Origin: Gemmatales bacterium
GTDB taxonomy: Bacteria > Planctomycetota > Planctomycetia > Gemmatales > HRBIN36
Assembly (NCBI GenBank): GCA_041640595.1
Contig: JBEPZY010000002.1
Span: forward strand, 146,984-210,983
DNA: 64,000 bases
Direction: 5' to 3'
In this document: in pieces, positions 41,756 through 51,556 of the stretch
How positions within the stretch are numbered: position 1 is the first letter of the stretch
How the letters are laid out: each line of letters opens with the position of its first letter
Notes under the pieces: model-generated
What the model was told of the DNA's origin: nothing
Seen by the model: only the letters and a program-made list of their open reading frames with translations
The model's database searches: none
Program-made: the position numbers and the translations under genes

Positions 41756-42205
41756 ATGCAACGAGTCTATCGAATTTGCGGCGGGTGCGTGATGATTCTG
41801 GTCGTGGCGATGGTGTGGTTGAAGCAAACGGCTCCGCCCTCTGTCGGCCCTGCCGATGCAACCGCCGCGGATGCGAAGCCATCGGCACGCTTGCTGGCCC
41901 ACAACGTTTATTTCGCCCTCAAAGACAACTCTCCCCAGGCGAAACAGGCACTGGTGGACGCGTGCAAAAAGTATCTCTCCGGGCACGAAGGAACGGTCTT
42001 TTTCGCCGCCGGTGTCCTGGCCGAGGATTTAAACCGCCCCGTCAACGACCGTGATTTTGACGTAGCCCTGCACATCATTTTTAAGGACAAGGCGGCCCAT
42101 GACCGTTACCAGGACCACCCGCGACACAAACAGTTCATCGAGGAAAACCAGGCCAACTGGAAGAAAGTCCGCGTTTTCGATTCCTACGTCGAGGCAAGCC
42201 CGTAA
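41756..42205 (+). CDS. Dabb (stress-responsive A/B barrel) family protein
   Basis: LAHNVYFALKD, FDVALHIIF.D..AHDRYQDHPRH..F and VRVFDSYV. Confidence 0.88.
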   Translation: MQRVYRICGGCVMILVVAMVWLKQTAPPSVGPADATAADAKPSARLLAHNVYFALKDNSPQAKQALVDACKKYLSGHEGTVFFAAGVLAEDLNRPVNDRDFDVALHIIFKDKAAHDRYQDHPRHKQFIEENQANWKKVRVFDSYVEASP

Positions 42206-42285
42206 AACGGACAGCGGGCCAAGGGTTTGCCTGTCGAGCACGCATCTCTTGTACACCGCAGGAAAAATTTTTTTACAGAGAGCGC

Positions 42286-42313
42286 TTGCATTACCAGCCG
42301 ATGGGGATATAAT
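42286..42313 (+). promoter_or_regulatory. Sigma-70-type promoter
   Basis: TTGCAT (42286) - 16 nt - TATAAT (42308), with an upstream A/T tract (AAAAATTTTTTT) resembling an UP element. Confidence 0.7.
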
Positions 42314-42660
42314 GCAACATAGCAAGGCAGTCTGGGGGACTGCCCGGAAGAAGGGATGGGTGCCGGTGCTGTGGAACTGACCTGTCTGCCATTCGGTCTC
42401 ACGGGGCTTGACCGCGAGCGTGCTGGGCTGGTCGGAACCAGGTTTCCGGGTCAGGGAGAAACGGTTGCCGCGGTAGCGTGAATCCAACGATTCAGTCGGG
42501 GAATCGCTGCGAGTTCTGCTTGCCGTGTCAGACGTTGCCCTGAATAACCCATACTCCTTCCGCAACCGGAGCACCGGTTGTCGAGTGTCCGTAGGGGATC
42601 AGCGCGGCTGATCCTTTGGTCTGTGTGCCCATCCAGTGGGCCTTTGAGGAAGGTACGGCA

Positions 42661-42951
42661 ATGAAGAATCTGTATGTGGGCAATTTGCCCTTCAGCGCCA
42701 CTGCGGATGACCTCCGGGAAGCCTTTTCGCGGTTTGGTACCGTGACCCGTGCTCAGATCATCGTGGATCGAGAGACCGGCCGGTCGCGGGGATTCGGATT
42801 CGTGGAAATGGCTGACGGTGCCGATGAAGCTATCGCCCAGATGAACGGCGCGGTCTTCCAGGGTCGGCAATTGACGGTGAACGAAGCCCGTCCACGCGAA
42901 GAACGTCCACGTGGTCGTGAACGTCGCGGCTACGGAAGACGCGGCTACTAA
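42661..42951 (+). CDS. RRM-domain RNA-binding protein with Arg/Gly tail
   Basis: RNP2 LYVGNL, RNP1 RGFGFVEM and LTVNEARPRE; GAGGAAGG RBS. Confidence 0.96.
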   Translation: MKNLYVGNLPFSATADDLREAFSRFGTVTRAQIIVDRETGRSRGFGFVEMADGADEAIAQMNGAVFQGRQLTVNEARPREERPRGRERRGYGRRGY

Positions 42952-42991
42952 TCCATCGCAGTTGCCCAACGCTCAGGTCCAAAAATCCTGC

Positions 42992-43018
42992 TGCCCGGAT
43001 GACCCGACCGTCCGGGCA
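42992..43018. terminator. Possible hairpin terminator between convergent genes
   Basis: TGCCCGGA-11 nt-TCCGGGCA inverted repeat; no clear U tract. Confidence 0.35.
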
Positions 43019-43038
43019 CGCTGGATTGGATATTTGCC

Positions 43039-44919
43039 TCAAGCCTGACTGCTTTTGCCGAAACCCAGCTGGGCAGCATCGAGCTGGTAGCAGGTTTGGT
43101 CGCCGTTGGCGGTAAAGACAAACCTACCGTCGCTGCTGAAGCAGGCGTCGTGCACGGCCACTTCCAGGTCGGTTGCACGCATCCATCGTCCTTCGGGCGA
43201 CCAGAGCGTCAGCAGATGATCCTCGCTGGCTGTCAGTATTTCACCGGTTCGTGGATGAAACGCCAGTGCGAAAACCGGTTCGCTATGCCCGGCAAGTTCG
43301 GCCAGGATTTTCCCCGACGGTAGCTCCAGCAGCCAGGCGGTACCGGAAAGATCGGCGAAAACGGCACGGCGACCGTCCCCGCGAACGGCCAGGCGCGTTA
43401 CTCCCTGACGCAGCACGATACGCCGTTGCCAGCGGTCACAGTCCCACCAGAACAGGCCGCCTTCGTTACCGCTCTCGGCGAGCCAGTTGACCCCGCCCAC
43501 CAGCAATGCGTGATAACCGGGCACGAACGCCACCGTTTCAGCCGAAAATCCCCCGGCTGCTTCGGGCAAGAGCAAGGTCGGTTGCGGTTGTTCCCAGGTC
43601 CAGAGATAGACGTAACCGTCGCTGCCCCCGGCGGATGCCAGCACGTCGCCGTTTTCGTGCCAGCTGAGTTCGCGTATCGCTGTGTGGTGTTCCTGCCAGG
43701 CGTTGTGCCAGCCGCCGTCACTGACACGCCAGATGTGAATACTGCCCACGCCGTCAGCCGTCAGCAAGAATTCGCCGCTTTTGTGAAAAGTCGCCACGCC
43801 CGCTCCGTGAGGGTGGTCCAGAGCAAAACACTTGCGGCCCTGCTGCCAGTCAAAGACATGAACCTGGCGACCGGTAACCAGAGCCAGATATCTGGAACTT
43901 GCTGCCAGCCGAACCATCAGGGCTGCTCCTCCACCGCAACCCAAACAGGGCTGGCCCGTAGCCACGTCCCAAACGATCAGTCGCCGGTCTTCACTGGCGC
44001 TGAGCAGCTGGCGACCGGCAGGGTCGAAGGCCAGTCCGACAATTTCGCCCCATCCGGCCGACATTTCGTGCAGCAGCTGCCGCCGATCGAAATCCCACAA
44101 CCGCACCACCCCCGCATTGTCGCCCGTGGCCAGTAACTGTCCATCCGGAGCGAAGGTGAGGGCAGTTACGCATTCAGCGTGGGCATTGAACAGCGCGATC
44201 GGTTCGGGTTGTTGCAGGCTCCAAACATGGGCATGCGTGTCCCATCCTGCCGAGCAAAGTAACGGCGCCTGCGGATGCCAGGCCAGCGCGGGAATTCTTC
44301 CGCCGGGCACAAGGAATGTCTTCAGGCGTGCCCCATCGAATCGTCGCCAGATCACCAGTTGCCGCGATTCATCCGCAGCAGCCAGATATTCGCCATCGCT
44401 ACTGAAAGCCACGGCGCTGACGGCCTGGCGATCCTGCACCAGGGTGCGACAATGGGTCAGCCCCGGAACGCTCCACAGTTCAATGGTGCCGTTTTCATGA
44501 CCGGTAGCGAGCCAGCGACCGTCAGACGACCAGGCCAGCGAAGTTACCCAGCGATCGGGCTGCGTGCAGGCGAGTTCCTCTCCCGTGGCTGGTTCAAACA
44601 ATGTCAATTGCTGACCGGCGGCGGCGAGAAATTTTCCGTCCCGACTGAATGCCCACAGCGGTTCCACTTCACCCAAATACTGCCGCTGCACGACCCGACC
44701 GCTGATGAGCGACCATTGCCGCACAATCCCGTATTCTTCCACCGACCACACACCCCGTTCGTCGAGAAACACAGCGAGCAAATCCGACTCCACTGCCAGC
44801 CGGTTGTCACCGAAAACGCGCAGCACTCCCTTACCGCTGCGGCCAGGCTGCGAACCGTTTTTGCCATTGGTATGTACCATGAGCGGCTCGATTCGCCGGG
44901 GCGGGTAGCGACTGCTCAT
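43039..44919 (-). CDS. WD40-repeat protein (probably two beta-propellers)
   Basis: Many repeats such as VTSLAWSSDGRWLATG...IELW, VTALTFAPDGQLLATG...VRLWD and GHSEPVFALAFHP. AGGAG lies upstream of ATG 44919. Confidence 0.93.
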   Translation of the reverse strand: MSSRYPPRRIEPLMVHTNGKNGSQPGRSGKGVLRVFGDNRLAVESDLLAVFLDERGVWSVEEYGIVRQWSLISGRVVQRQYLGEVEPLWAFSRDGKFLAAAGQQLTLFEPATGEELACTQPDRWVTSLAWSSDGRWLATGHENGTIELWSVPGLTHCRTLVQDRQAVSAVAFSSDGEYLAAADESRQLVIWRRFDGARLKTFLVPGGRIPALAWHPQAPLLCSAGWDTHAHVWSLQQPEPIALFNAHAECVTALTFAPDGQLLATGDNAGVVRLWDFDRRQLLHEMSAGWGEIVGLAFDPAGRQLLSASEDRRLIVWDVATGQPCLGCGGGAALMVRLAASSRYLALVTGRQVHVFDWQQGRKCFALDHPHGAGVATFHKSGEFLLTADGVGSIHIWRVSDGGWHNAWQEHHTAIRELSWHENGDVLASAGGSDGYVYLWTWEQPQPTLLLPEAAGGFSAETVAFVPGYHALLVGGVNWLAESGNEGGLFWWDCDRWQRRIVLRQGVTRLAVRGDGRRAVFADLSGTAWLLELPSGKILAELAGHSEPVFALAFHPRTGEILTASEDHLLTLWSPEGRWMRATDLEVAVHDACFSSDGRFVFTANGDQTCYQLDAAQLGFGKSSQA

Positions 44920-45070
44920 CGTCGCCAGGCTCCTGCTTTCCTGTCCGGTTCCATACAACGTTTCGCATGCCAACTATAGCACACAATTGCCCGGCCCAGG
45001 TGCTGATGGAAATTGTGTTGCCATGCTTGTCCCAACTGCCACGCCCATCACGACCAGCTGACATAGGCCC

Positions 45071-45673
45071 ATGACTGCTCGAAAGCATCGGCCTCGATTG
45101 CCCCAGACCCGATCATGCCCACGCTGGCACATCGAAATCGCCGACCGGCAGAACTTCGTTCGCATACCGAAAAAATTACTCCGCCGGCTCATCGTTACCG
45201 TCCTGGCTGGCGAAAATCGGCCTGGATGCCAGCTCAGTCTCGCCCTGGTGGACGACCAGGTCATAACCGACCTGCACCAGCGATTTCTGGGTCTGGCCAC
45301 TCCGACCGATGTGCTGACCTTTCCACTGGACGATGACGTGGGGAACTCGCCGAACGATTCGATTACGTCGTCCAGGAATCGCATGCAGGCAACGACGCAA
45401 CCTGCCAGGAACTCGCTGAACCAGGGGGATACGTCGTCTCGAATAGTATGCGGGGAGATCGTCATCAGCACGCAAACCGCGCTGCGTCAGGCCCGGCAAC
45501 GCCGCCACGATCCCGCCACCGAGACCCTGCTTTACGTCATTCACGGCTTGCTGCACCTGTGCGGTTACGATGACACCACGCCCGCCGCCCGCCGCATGAT
45601 GCAACGCCGACAACTGCACTATCTCCACCAACTCGGCCTACGCCTGCGGCAACCCCCTCCCCACGGCAACTAA
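45071..45673 (+). CDS. ybeY: rRNA maturation endoribonuclease YbeY
   Basis: LHQRFLG..TPTDVLTFP, GEIVIS and YVIHGLLHLCGYDD. Confidence 0.92.
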   Translation: MTARKHRPRLPQTRSCPRWHIEIADRQNFVRIPKKLLRRLIVTVLAGENRPGCQLSLALVDDQVITDLHQRFLGLATPTDVLTFPLDDDVGNSPNDSITSSRNRMQATTQPARNSLNQGDTSSRIVCGEIVISTQTALRQARQRRHDPATETLLYVIHGLLHLCGYDDTTPAARRMMQRRQLHYLHQLGLRLRQPPPHGN

Positions 45674-45674
45674 C

Positions 45675-46031
45675 ACCGGCGACCGTAGGCCCGCCGTGCC
45701 AAGTATCGCGAACGGTGTGCAACAGCAATCCAGTCATGTTCGTGAACCATCGAACGCGCACCAAAAGCGGCGGGCGTGAGCCCGCCGTGGATTGCTAACG
45801 CCGGTGCAATCGCGGACGTTTTCCACGGTCGGCTCACGCCGACCGCTCCTGATGCACGACGTTCGTCCGCTGAACAACGCGCCACCGGCAGTGCACAAAC
45901 GCACGTGCACAAGAGCGGCGGGCGTGAGCCCGCCGTGGTGTGCGGGATACGACCGCTGAGCAGTGAATATCCGATTTTGTTCAACGAGCACCGAACCGGC
46001 AATCGAGAGCGGCGACCGTCAGCCCGCCGGG
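45675..46031. repeat. REP-like cluster 6 (about 5 copies)
   Basis: Copies near 45675, 45765, 45823 (reverse, stem variant CGGTCGGC/GCCGACCG), 45913, 46007. Confidence 0.88.
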
Positions 46032-46107
46032 GTGTGCGGGACACGATCGGTGAGCATCCGATTTTGTTCAGCGCCCAGCAGGCTGAAAATCGAGAATGGC
46101 GGGCCCT

Positions 46108-46520
46108 GTTCAACGAGCGCACGGCAACGTTCGCAGAGATTACGCCTGCCGCATTGCTACGCCGAGAAGGAGGGACACAGTTCAACGAGCGCACGGCAAT
46201 GCTCGCAGAGATTATGGGTCGAATTTGGGCGGACAGATTGCAGGTTGGGGCTCGGACCGGTTGAGCGCCCACTCTAAGGAGAATACGGGTCGAATTGGCA
46301 CGGACGGATTGCATGGCCGCTGGCCGCATTTGCGCTCGCCGTCTGCAGATTACGGGTCGGATTTGCACGGACAGATTGCAGGTTGGGGGCCTCGGACCGG
46401 CCGAGCGCCCACCCTAAGGAGATTACAGGTCGGATTGGCGCGGACGGATTCCAGGAGCACAAACGCTGTATGCGAGGTCGAGCTGGAGTTAGAGGTCGCA
46501 GGTCGAATTTCCGCGCGCCG
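46108..46520. repeat. Two chained direct-repeat families, period 67-74 nt
   Basis: GTTCAACGAGCGCACGGCAAYGYTCGCAGAGATTA at 46108 and 46180. GAWTAYRGGTCGRATT.G..CGGACRGATT at 46210, 46281, 46348, 46421. Confidence 0.88.
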
Positions 46521-46605
46521 CTAAAAAGGCCAGGTGCAGTGGCGCCAACGCTGGCCGGTTTGTTTTCGTGACACGCGATCAGCGATACCAAGCGAGGCGA
46601 CGTTC

Positions 46606-47586
46606 TCAGCGATAACAGGCGAGGCGCTGTTCGGCAGCGGGACCGACGCGCAAACTGGCCAGCGCTGCCGACTTTGCCTGCTCAAGGCGCTGGCTATCCA
46701 CCGTGGGTAACCAGCGGAAAATGCTGGCGGCGTTGTCGTTTTTGCTTGGCGGGCTGACTGCGGGAGGTTCTGCCGAGCCGGTGGTGGCTGGCGGTTGCTG
46801 CGATGCTGAGGCGGACGGCGAAGGTGGTGTTTCGGAGTCCGCCTTGGTCGCAGGACTCTGGCTAGCCTGAGCCTCCAGCACTTTCTGCCACTGTTGTCGT
46901 GTTTCCGAGGCTGCCAGTTCCCGAAACACAATCGCCAGCAGGAATCGCCCCGCCTGGCTACTGGTTTCAGATGTGTCCAGGGTGCGAAGGTAGATTTCGT
47001 AGCGGTACGTTGCGAAACAATCCTTCGGCACGGGAAGGGGTTTGCCGTGGCGATCTCGCGGTGGTTCCTGGTCACTCCGCCAGATTGACCTGCCGTAACG
47101 AACAGGCAGGTTCGCCTGCAACAGTTGGGGACTTTCCCAGGATCGGCGAAAGATGGCATCCTCGTCCTGGGCTAATGGTTCAAACGGTTTGCTGCTGCCA
47201 CTGGCGGCTTGCAGATCGGGGACCAGCTGTTCGAGAAACAGGCTGGCCGTGCCCACTTCTGCCAGAGGTACGATACCGACATGGGCTTCCAATACGGGCA
47301 AAGTGGCGGTCTCCTGCCGGGGTGGAAAATACGCCAGGCGTGAGACGACTCCCTGCTGTGCCGGCGTAGAAGTTACCTCCCGCGGCAAGCGCAGGTAAAC
47401 CGCAAAAGGCACATGCGGGAGCGAAATTGGTTCGCCGAGGAGTTGGTCGTCAGCATCATATTGCTGCAAGCGCAGGCGAGTGCGTTCGATGCGCTCCTCA
47501 TATTCACGCACCCCGCAACCGCTCACTGTCAGCACGATGACACACAACCAGCACCACTGGTGCCACGTTTTCGCACGAGGGATCAT
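46606..47586 (-). CDS. Hypothetical lipoprotein
   Basis: Lipobox LTVSGC after a hydrophobic stretch and a Pro/Ser/Ala-rich linker near the C-terminus. Upstream ORF extension to 48132 looks non-coding. Confidence 0.6.
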   Translation of the reverse strand: MIPRAKTWHQWCWLCVIVLTVSGCGVREYEERIERTRLRLQQYDADDQLLGEPISLPHVPFAVYLRLPREVTSTPAQQGVVSRLAYFPPRQETATLPVLEAHVGIVPLAEVGTASLFLEQLVPDLQAASGSSKPFEPLAQDEDAIFRRSWESPQLLQANLPVRYGRSIWRSDQEPPRDRHGKPLPVPKDCFATYRYEIYLRTLDTSETSSQAGRFLLAIVFRELAASETRQQWQKVLEAQASQSPATKADSETPPSPSASASQQPPATTGSAEPPAVSPPSKNDNAASIFRWLPTVDSQRLEQAKSAALASLRVGPAAEQRLACYR

Positions 47587-48315
47587 CGCAACGCTCACTT
47601 CTCCCGGTTGGCCTGCGTGGGCAGTTGCTTTTCTATGCGAAAGCCAGCTCTCCGGTAGATTGTAGCACTCGCGGTGAACACGGAGAGCGGGCGTTTTTGC
47701 ACGCCGCATTGGGCGCGATGGCGAGGCAGTGTATCGGATTGCCTCATGGTTCGGGCAAATCGCGGAAGTGTCGGCGGAAATGTTGTAATTCCCGGAACAC
47801 ATCGCCATCCTCGCAGAAAGTGGGCGATGTCGCCATCCTTGGCTGGCAAATCGCTGTAGTAATTCGCGGCTTGTCCGGCTGGCCAATTTTATGGGCGACT
47901 TCTCCGGGTGACTGGGTCGGTGCCGTAATTTCGGTGCAGGCATTGGTGGGGGCCAATCTCTCCGCAAGTGTTCGGGGCGGTGATTGTCGGCGAGGATTAT
48001 GGCGGTGGTGATAATGGCGGTTGGGGTGCTGGTCGGGCGAAGTGCAACCGCTAACATTGACGCTGGGTCGTGGCTTTCCCATGACATAAGGAAGTCGAAC
48101 GATGAAGTCGGCCGGCATTGCGGCAGAAACATCCGGACACGGATGCGGGAAGACCTGGCAGGTCGCCAAACGCACTCGCTGTCCGAGCTTGACGCCGTAA
48201 GTGCCGGGACAAGTCGTGAGGACCGGGGAGCAGAAACGATCTTCCCGTCCGGCCCTGCTTCGGCGACAAAGCAAACAGTGAGAATTCGGTCCGGCCGTAT
48301 GACGGAGAGCAGAAG

Positions 48316-48747
48316 ATGCGAACATGGCTAGGGGCATCCGGGATTGTGGGAGTGATAACCATTGCCGTGGCGGGACTGCTTGCCCAGGATAAGCCGGTCT
48401 TCCCGCCGGAATTGACCAAACTCATGGAAGAGGTGCAGGTGCTTTTCAAGCCCTTGCAGGAAGCCGCCCGTTTCAGCAAGGCGAAGTTTGAGAGCGACGC
48501 CAAGCATGAAGAACTGGCCCGGGCAGCCAATCGCCTGGCGGAGTTGATGAAGCAAACGGAGAAATTCTCGCCTGAGAAAGACGCCCCCGACAAACCGAAA
48601 AAGGACTGGCTCGACACCTGCCAGGCATCTGCGCAGCATGCCCGCGAACTGGCGGAAGCTGCCAAAAAGAAAGATTACTCCGCTTACCGCGGTGCGTTTA
48701 AGCGAATGGATGCCGCGTGCACTCGCTGCCACGAGATTTTCCGATAA
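48316..48747 (+). CDS. Cytochrome c'-like (class II) periplasmic cytochrome
   Basis: Signal peptide, all-helical body and C-terminal CTRCH heme motif. Confidence 0.85.
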   Translation: MRTWLGASGIVGVITIAVAGLLAQDKPVFPPELTKLMEEVQVLFKPLQEAARFSKAKFESDAKHEELARAANRLAELMKQTEKFSPEKDAPDKPKKDWLDTCQASAQHARELAEAAKKKDYSAYRGAFKRMDAACTRCHEIFR

Positions 48748-48879
48748 GCCGCCGGAGGGTTCCTGAAACGGACAGTGTAGCAGGATGCATGCCCGGAGAT
48801 GGTTGCCACTACCCGATGAGTTTGCCCACTGGTAACCGCAGTATAACAATCCCAGTGGCAGCGGATGGCCTGGGGTGAA

Positions 48880-48968
48880 GGCGAACCGGTAAAACTCCGT
48901 TACGCGGTAAGCACCGCAACAAAGACGGTCGCTACCGGCAACCACGGCGAACCGGTAAAACTCCGTAC
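48880..48968. repeat. 21-nt direct repeat, period 66 nt
   Basis: GGCGAACCGGTAAAACTCCGT at 48880 and 48946. Confidence 0.85.
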
Positions 48969-49066
48969 CGGATCGGCCAACATTGCCGGTTTGGAAAAGA
49001 GACGGCCCCAGCATCGAATCAAGCCTTCTGCGGGCCTCGCAGGGCCTCTAAAGCAAGGAGACAGGC

Positions 49067-51556
49067 ATGCTACGGAGAACGTTGAGGGTGGTTGTCTTCG
49101 GAACGGTAACGCTTGTGGTGGCAGCAGCAACTGCCGGGTTGTGGTGGGTGATTCTCCAGGAAACCGAGCCAGTTTTGGCAGATCGCTCAGCTCCCCAATC
49201 TAGCGGAGTCCAGCAATCTGACCCGGAACGAAGCAAATCCTCTGCACCATCGGAAGCTTCGCAAATATCCTATCGCACCTCAAATCCCCTGTTTCACGTG
49301 GAACCCTATCTTCAATATCCTACGCCAACTGCCATTTCTATCCTCTGGGAGACAACGGAGCCGTTGCCGGGAGAGGTCGAGTTTGGCGAGACGGAGGCCC
49401 TGGGCCAGAAAGTTATCGAATCCGACAAGCCACGAACTTTCCACGAAGTTCGGCTAACCGGCTTGAAACCGGGCACGCTTTACCATTACCGGGTTCGGAG
49501 CGGTGAGGCTGTTTCGCCTATATACACGTTCCGCACTGCACCGCCGGAAGGAACCCGGCGTTGGCGATTGGCGGTGTACGGCGACTCGCGATCCAACCCG
49601 GCTGTGCATCGCGCCATCGTCGAACAAATCGCCCGTAAACAGGTGGACCTGATCGTGCACACCGGCGACATGGTACTGAACGGAAAAAATCACGCTTTGT
49701 GGGCGCGGGAATTCTTCGGGCCACTGACGCCGCTTGCCTGTCGCGTACCGATCATCGCGGTGCCAGGCAATCACGAAGGCGATTCGCCTTATTACTTCCA
49801 GTATTTCGCCCTGCCGGGCAACGAACGTTATTACCATTTCCGCTACGCGAATGCTCGCTTTATCTGTCTGGACAGCAATATACAGTTCGCCAGCAGCTCG
49901 GGCAGCAGTTCCGGTACAGTGGCAAAAACGCCGTGGGCCAAAGAGCAGTTCGCCTGGCTGGAGAAACAACTGCAGGAACTGGACGATCAGACCTGGAATT
50001 TCGTCGTCTTCCATCAGCCGTTGTTCAGTGCCCATGCCACCAGACCGATTTCGCCCCTTCGCTGGCAATGGACTTCGCTCTTGCTCGATCCGAAACATCC
50101 GGTGGACGCGGTGTTCAACGGTCACGATCACTTTTACGCCCGCACCTGGCCGATCGCCAGCTATTCCGAGTTACCGACGCGGGGCGTGGTGTTCGTGACC
50201 ACAGCCGGAGGCGGAGCGCCGCTTTATCGCATTCGGCCACGCAGTTACATTGCGGCAGCAGTGCCTCTGCATCATTTCACGCTGCTGGAGTTTCACGACG
50301 AGGAGGTAACGGCGACGGCTTATTCAACATCAGGCCAGATTTTAGACCGATTTGTGCTCCGTAAACGGTCTGAACCAAAAGAGTATTTCTGCTGGGAAGT
50401 CGAACTGTTCCGGGAGAACCTGAGGCAGGCGTTGAGCCAGATGCCGGTTTTGACGGTCTCCGGAGAACGAAGCAGTCTGCGCGGGCATCTGGAAGTGGCG
50501 AATCCGTTTCGTCGGCGCCTGCGAGTGCTGTGCCGATGGACGATTCCGCCCGGCTGGCGGTTTCCCGCAACGGAAACGACGTGGACTCTCGAACCAGGAC
50601 AACCCCTGCGTATTCCTCTGGAAGCCGAGGTGCATGAGGAATCGGTGCATCTGCTGCCACGCCTGCTGCTGGAATTTCTGCCACCGGCAGAAAAAGCTGG
50701 CTCGCAAACCGAGCCCGCGAACCAGGCTGCTTCATCCGCCGGGGAAGCGTCATCCGCAGCGCTGCCGTTTCGCAATCGCACGGTGGCACTTTATCCGTTC
50801 AAACTCGCTGGGCCGGATTCGTACACACTGACCCGCGTGGAGCGTGTGGATGTGGATGGCAAAGCCGATGAGCCAGTCTGGAAGCAGACACGTGCAGTGC
50901 GTTTGCCCCGGCTCGGTTTTGGTTCACTTACCTCGGCCAGCAGCGCTGTGAGCGATTGGGCTCCCGGATTGGGTACCGGGCTTGGTACGGGGTCCCGGCC
51001 AGGAACGCGGCCACTCGAACCAGCAGCCAGCAGCGGCAAAGATTTCCCTGCCCTGCCGGTTGCCGAAGCTCCACCGGAAGTGCGTCTGGTGGCCAGCGAG
51101 CATCAACTGTTTGTGCTGGTGCGAGTGCCGGACAAGCAGCGTCGCATTACTGTCCAGCCGCCCGATTCCACCCGGGAGAGCAGTGCCCTGGTCCTTTACG
51201 ACAATCATGTCCGCGTGGAATTGTTTGACGGCAAGCGAATTTGCAGTTACGCGCTATCGGCAGAAAACGTGCCTTATCACGGCGTGGATGGCCGAATGCA
51301 GGAAGCGGCCTGGCTGGGAGTGTGCACGCATGACGGTCAGGCCTGGATCAGCGAACTGGCCATTCCGCTGGAGCGAAACCAGGCCCAGTCGTTGCGCTGC
51401 AACGTGGTCGTGTATTTGAAAGATGGCCCGACACAGTACGAATGGCGAGCACAACGCCCAGCGCTCGCCGACACGGAATGGTTGCCGATCTGGGATTTGC
51501 GGGGAACGAGTCGGCCCGATGGATTTGCCCGGTTACGCTGGCCGGAATCGAACTGA
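49067..51556 (+). CDS. Membrane-anchored purple-acid-phosphatase-like metallophosphoesterase with long C-terminal extension
   Basis: N-terminal TM helix, FN3-like domain (HEVRLTGLKPGTLYHYRV), and motifs YGDSR, TGDMV, PGNHE, FHQP, GHDHFY. Confidence 0.88.
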   Translation: MLRRTLRVVVFGTVTLVVAAATAGLWWVILQETEPVLADRSAPQSSGVQQSDPERSKSSAPSEASQISYRTSNPLFHVEPYLQYPTPTAISILWETTEPLPGEVEFGETEALGQKVIESDKPRTFHEVRLTGLKPGTLYHYRVRSGEAVSPIYTFRTAPPEGTRRWRLAVYGDSRSNPAVHRAIVEQIARKQVDLIVHTGDMVLNGKNHALWAREFFGPLTPLACRVPIIAVPGNHEGDSPYYFQYFALPGNERYYHFRYANARFICLDSNIQFASSSGSSSGTVAKTPWAKEQFAWLEKQLQELDDQTWNFVVFHQPLFSAHATRPISPLRWQWTSLLLDPKHPVDAVFNGHDHFYARTWPIASYSELPTRGVVFVTTAGGGAPLYRIRPRSYIAAAVPLHHFTLLEFHDEEVTATAYSTSGQILDRFVLRKRSEPKEYFCWEVELFRENLRQALSQMPVLTVSGERSSLRGHLEVANPFRRRLRVLCRWTIPPGWRFPATETTWTLEPGQPLRIPLEAEVHEESVHLLPRLLLEFLPPAEKAGSQTEPANQAASSAGEASSAALPFRNRTVALYPFKLAGPDSYTLTRVERVDVDGKADEPVWKQTRAVRLPRLGFGSLTSASSAVSDWAPGLGTGLGTGSRPGTRPLEPAASSGKDFPALPVAEAPPEVRLVASEHQLFVLVRVPDKQRRITVQPPDSTRESSALVLYDNHVRVELFDGKRICSYALSAENVPYHGVDGRMQEAAWLGVCTHDGQAWISELAIPLERNQAQSLRCNVVVYLKDGPTQYEWRAQRPALADTEWLPIWDLRGTSRPDGFARLRWPESN
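49290..49305. other. Candidate parS centromere-like site
   Basis: TGTTTCACGTGGAACC; its reverse complement GGTTCCACGTGAAACA differs by 1 nt from canonical TGTTCCACGTGAAACA. Confidence 0.7.

Noticed and set aside
47587..48132. N-terminal extension of the 508-aa ORF
   Set aside because: Low-complexity, non-protein-like sequence upstream of a clear lipoprotein signal. Only a weak GTAATT periodicity was seen, too weak to list as a repeat.
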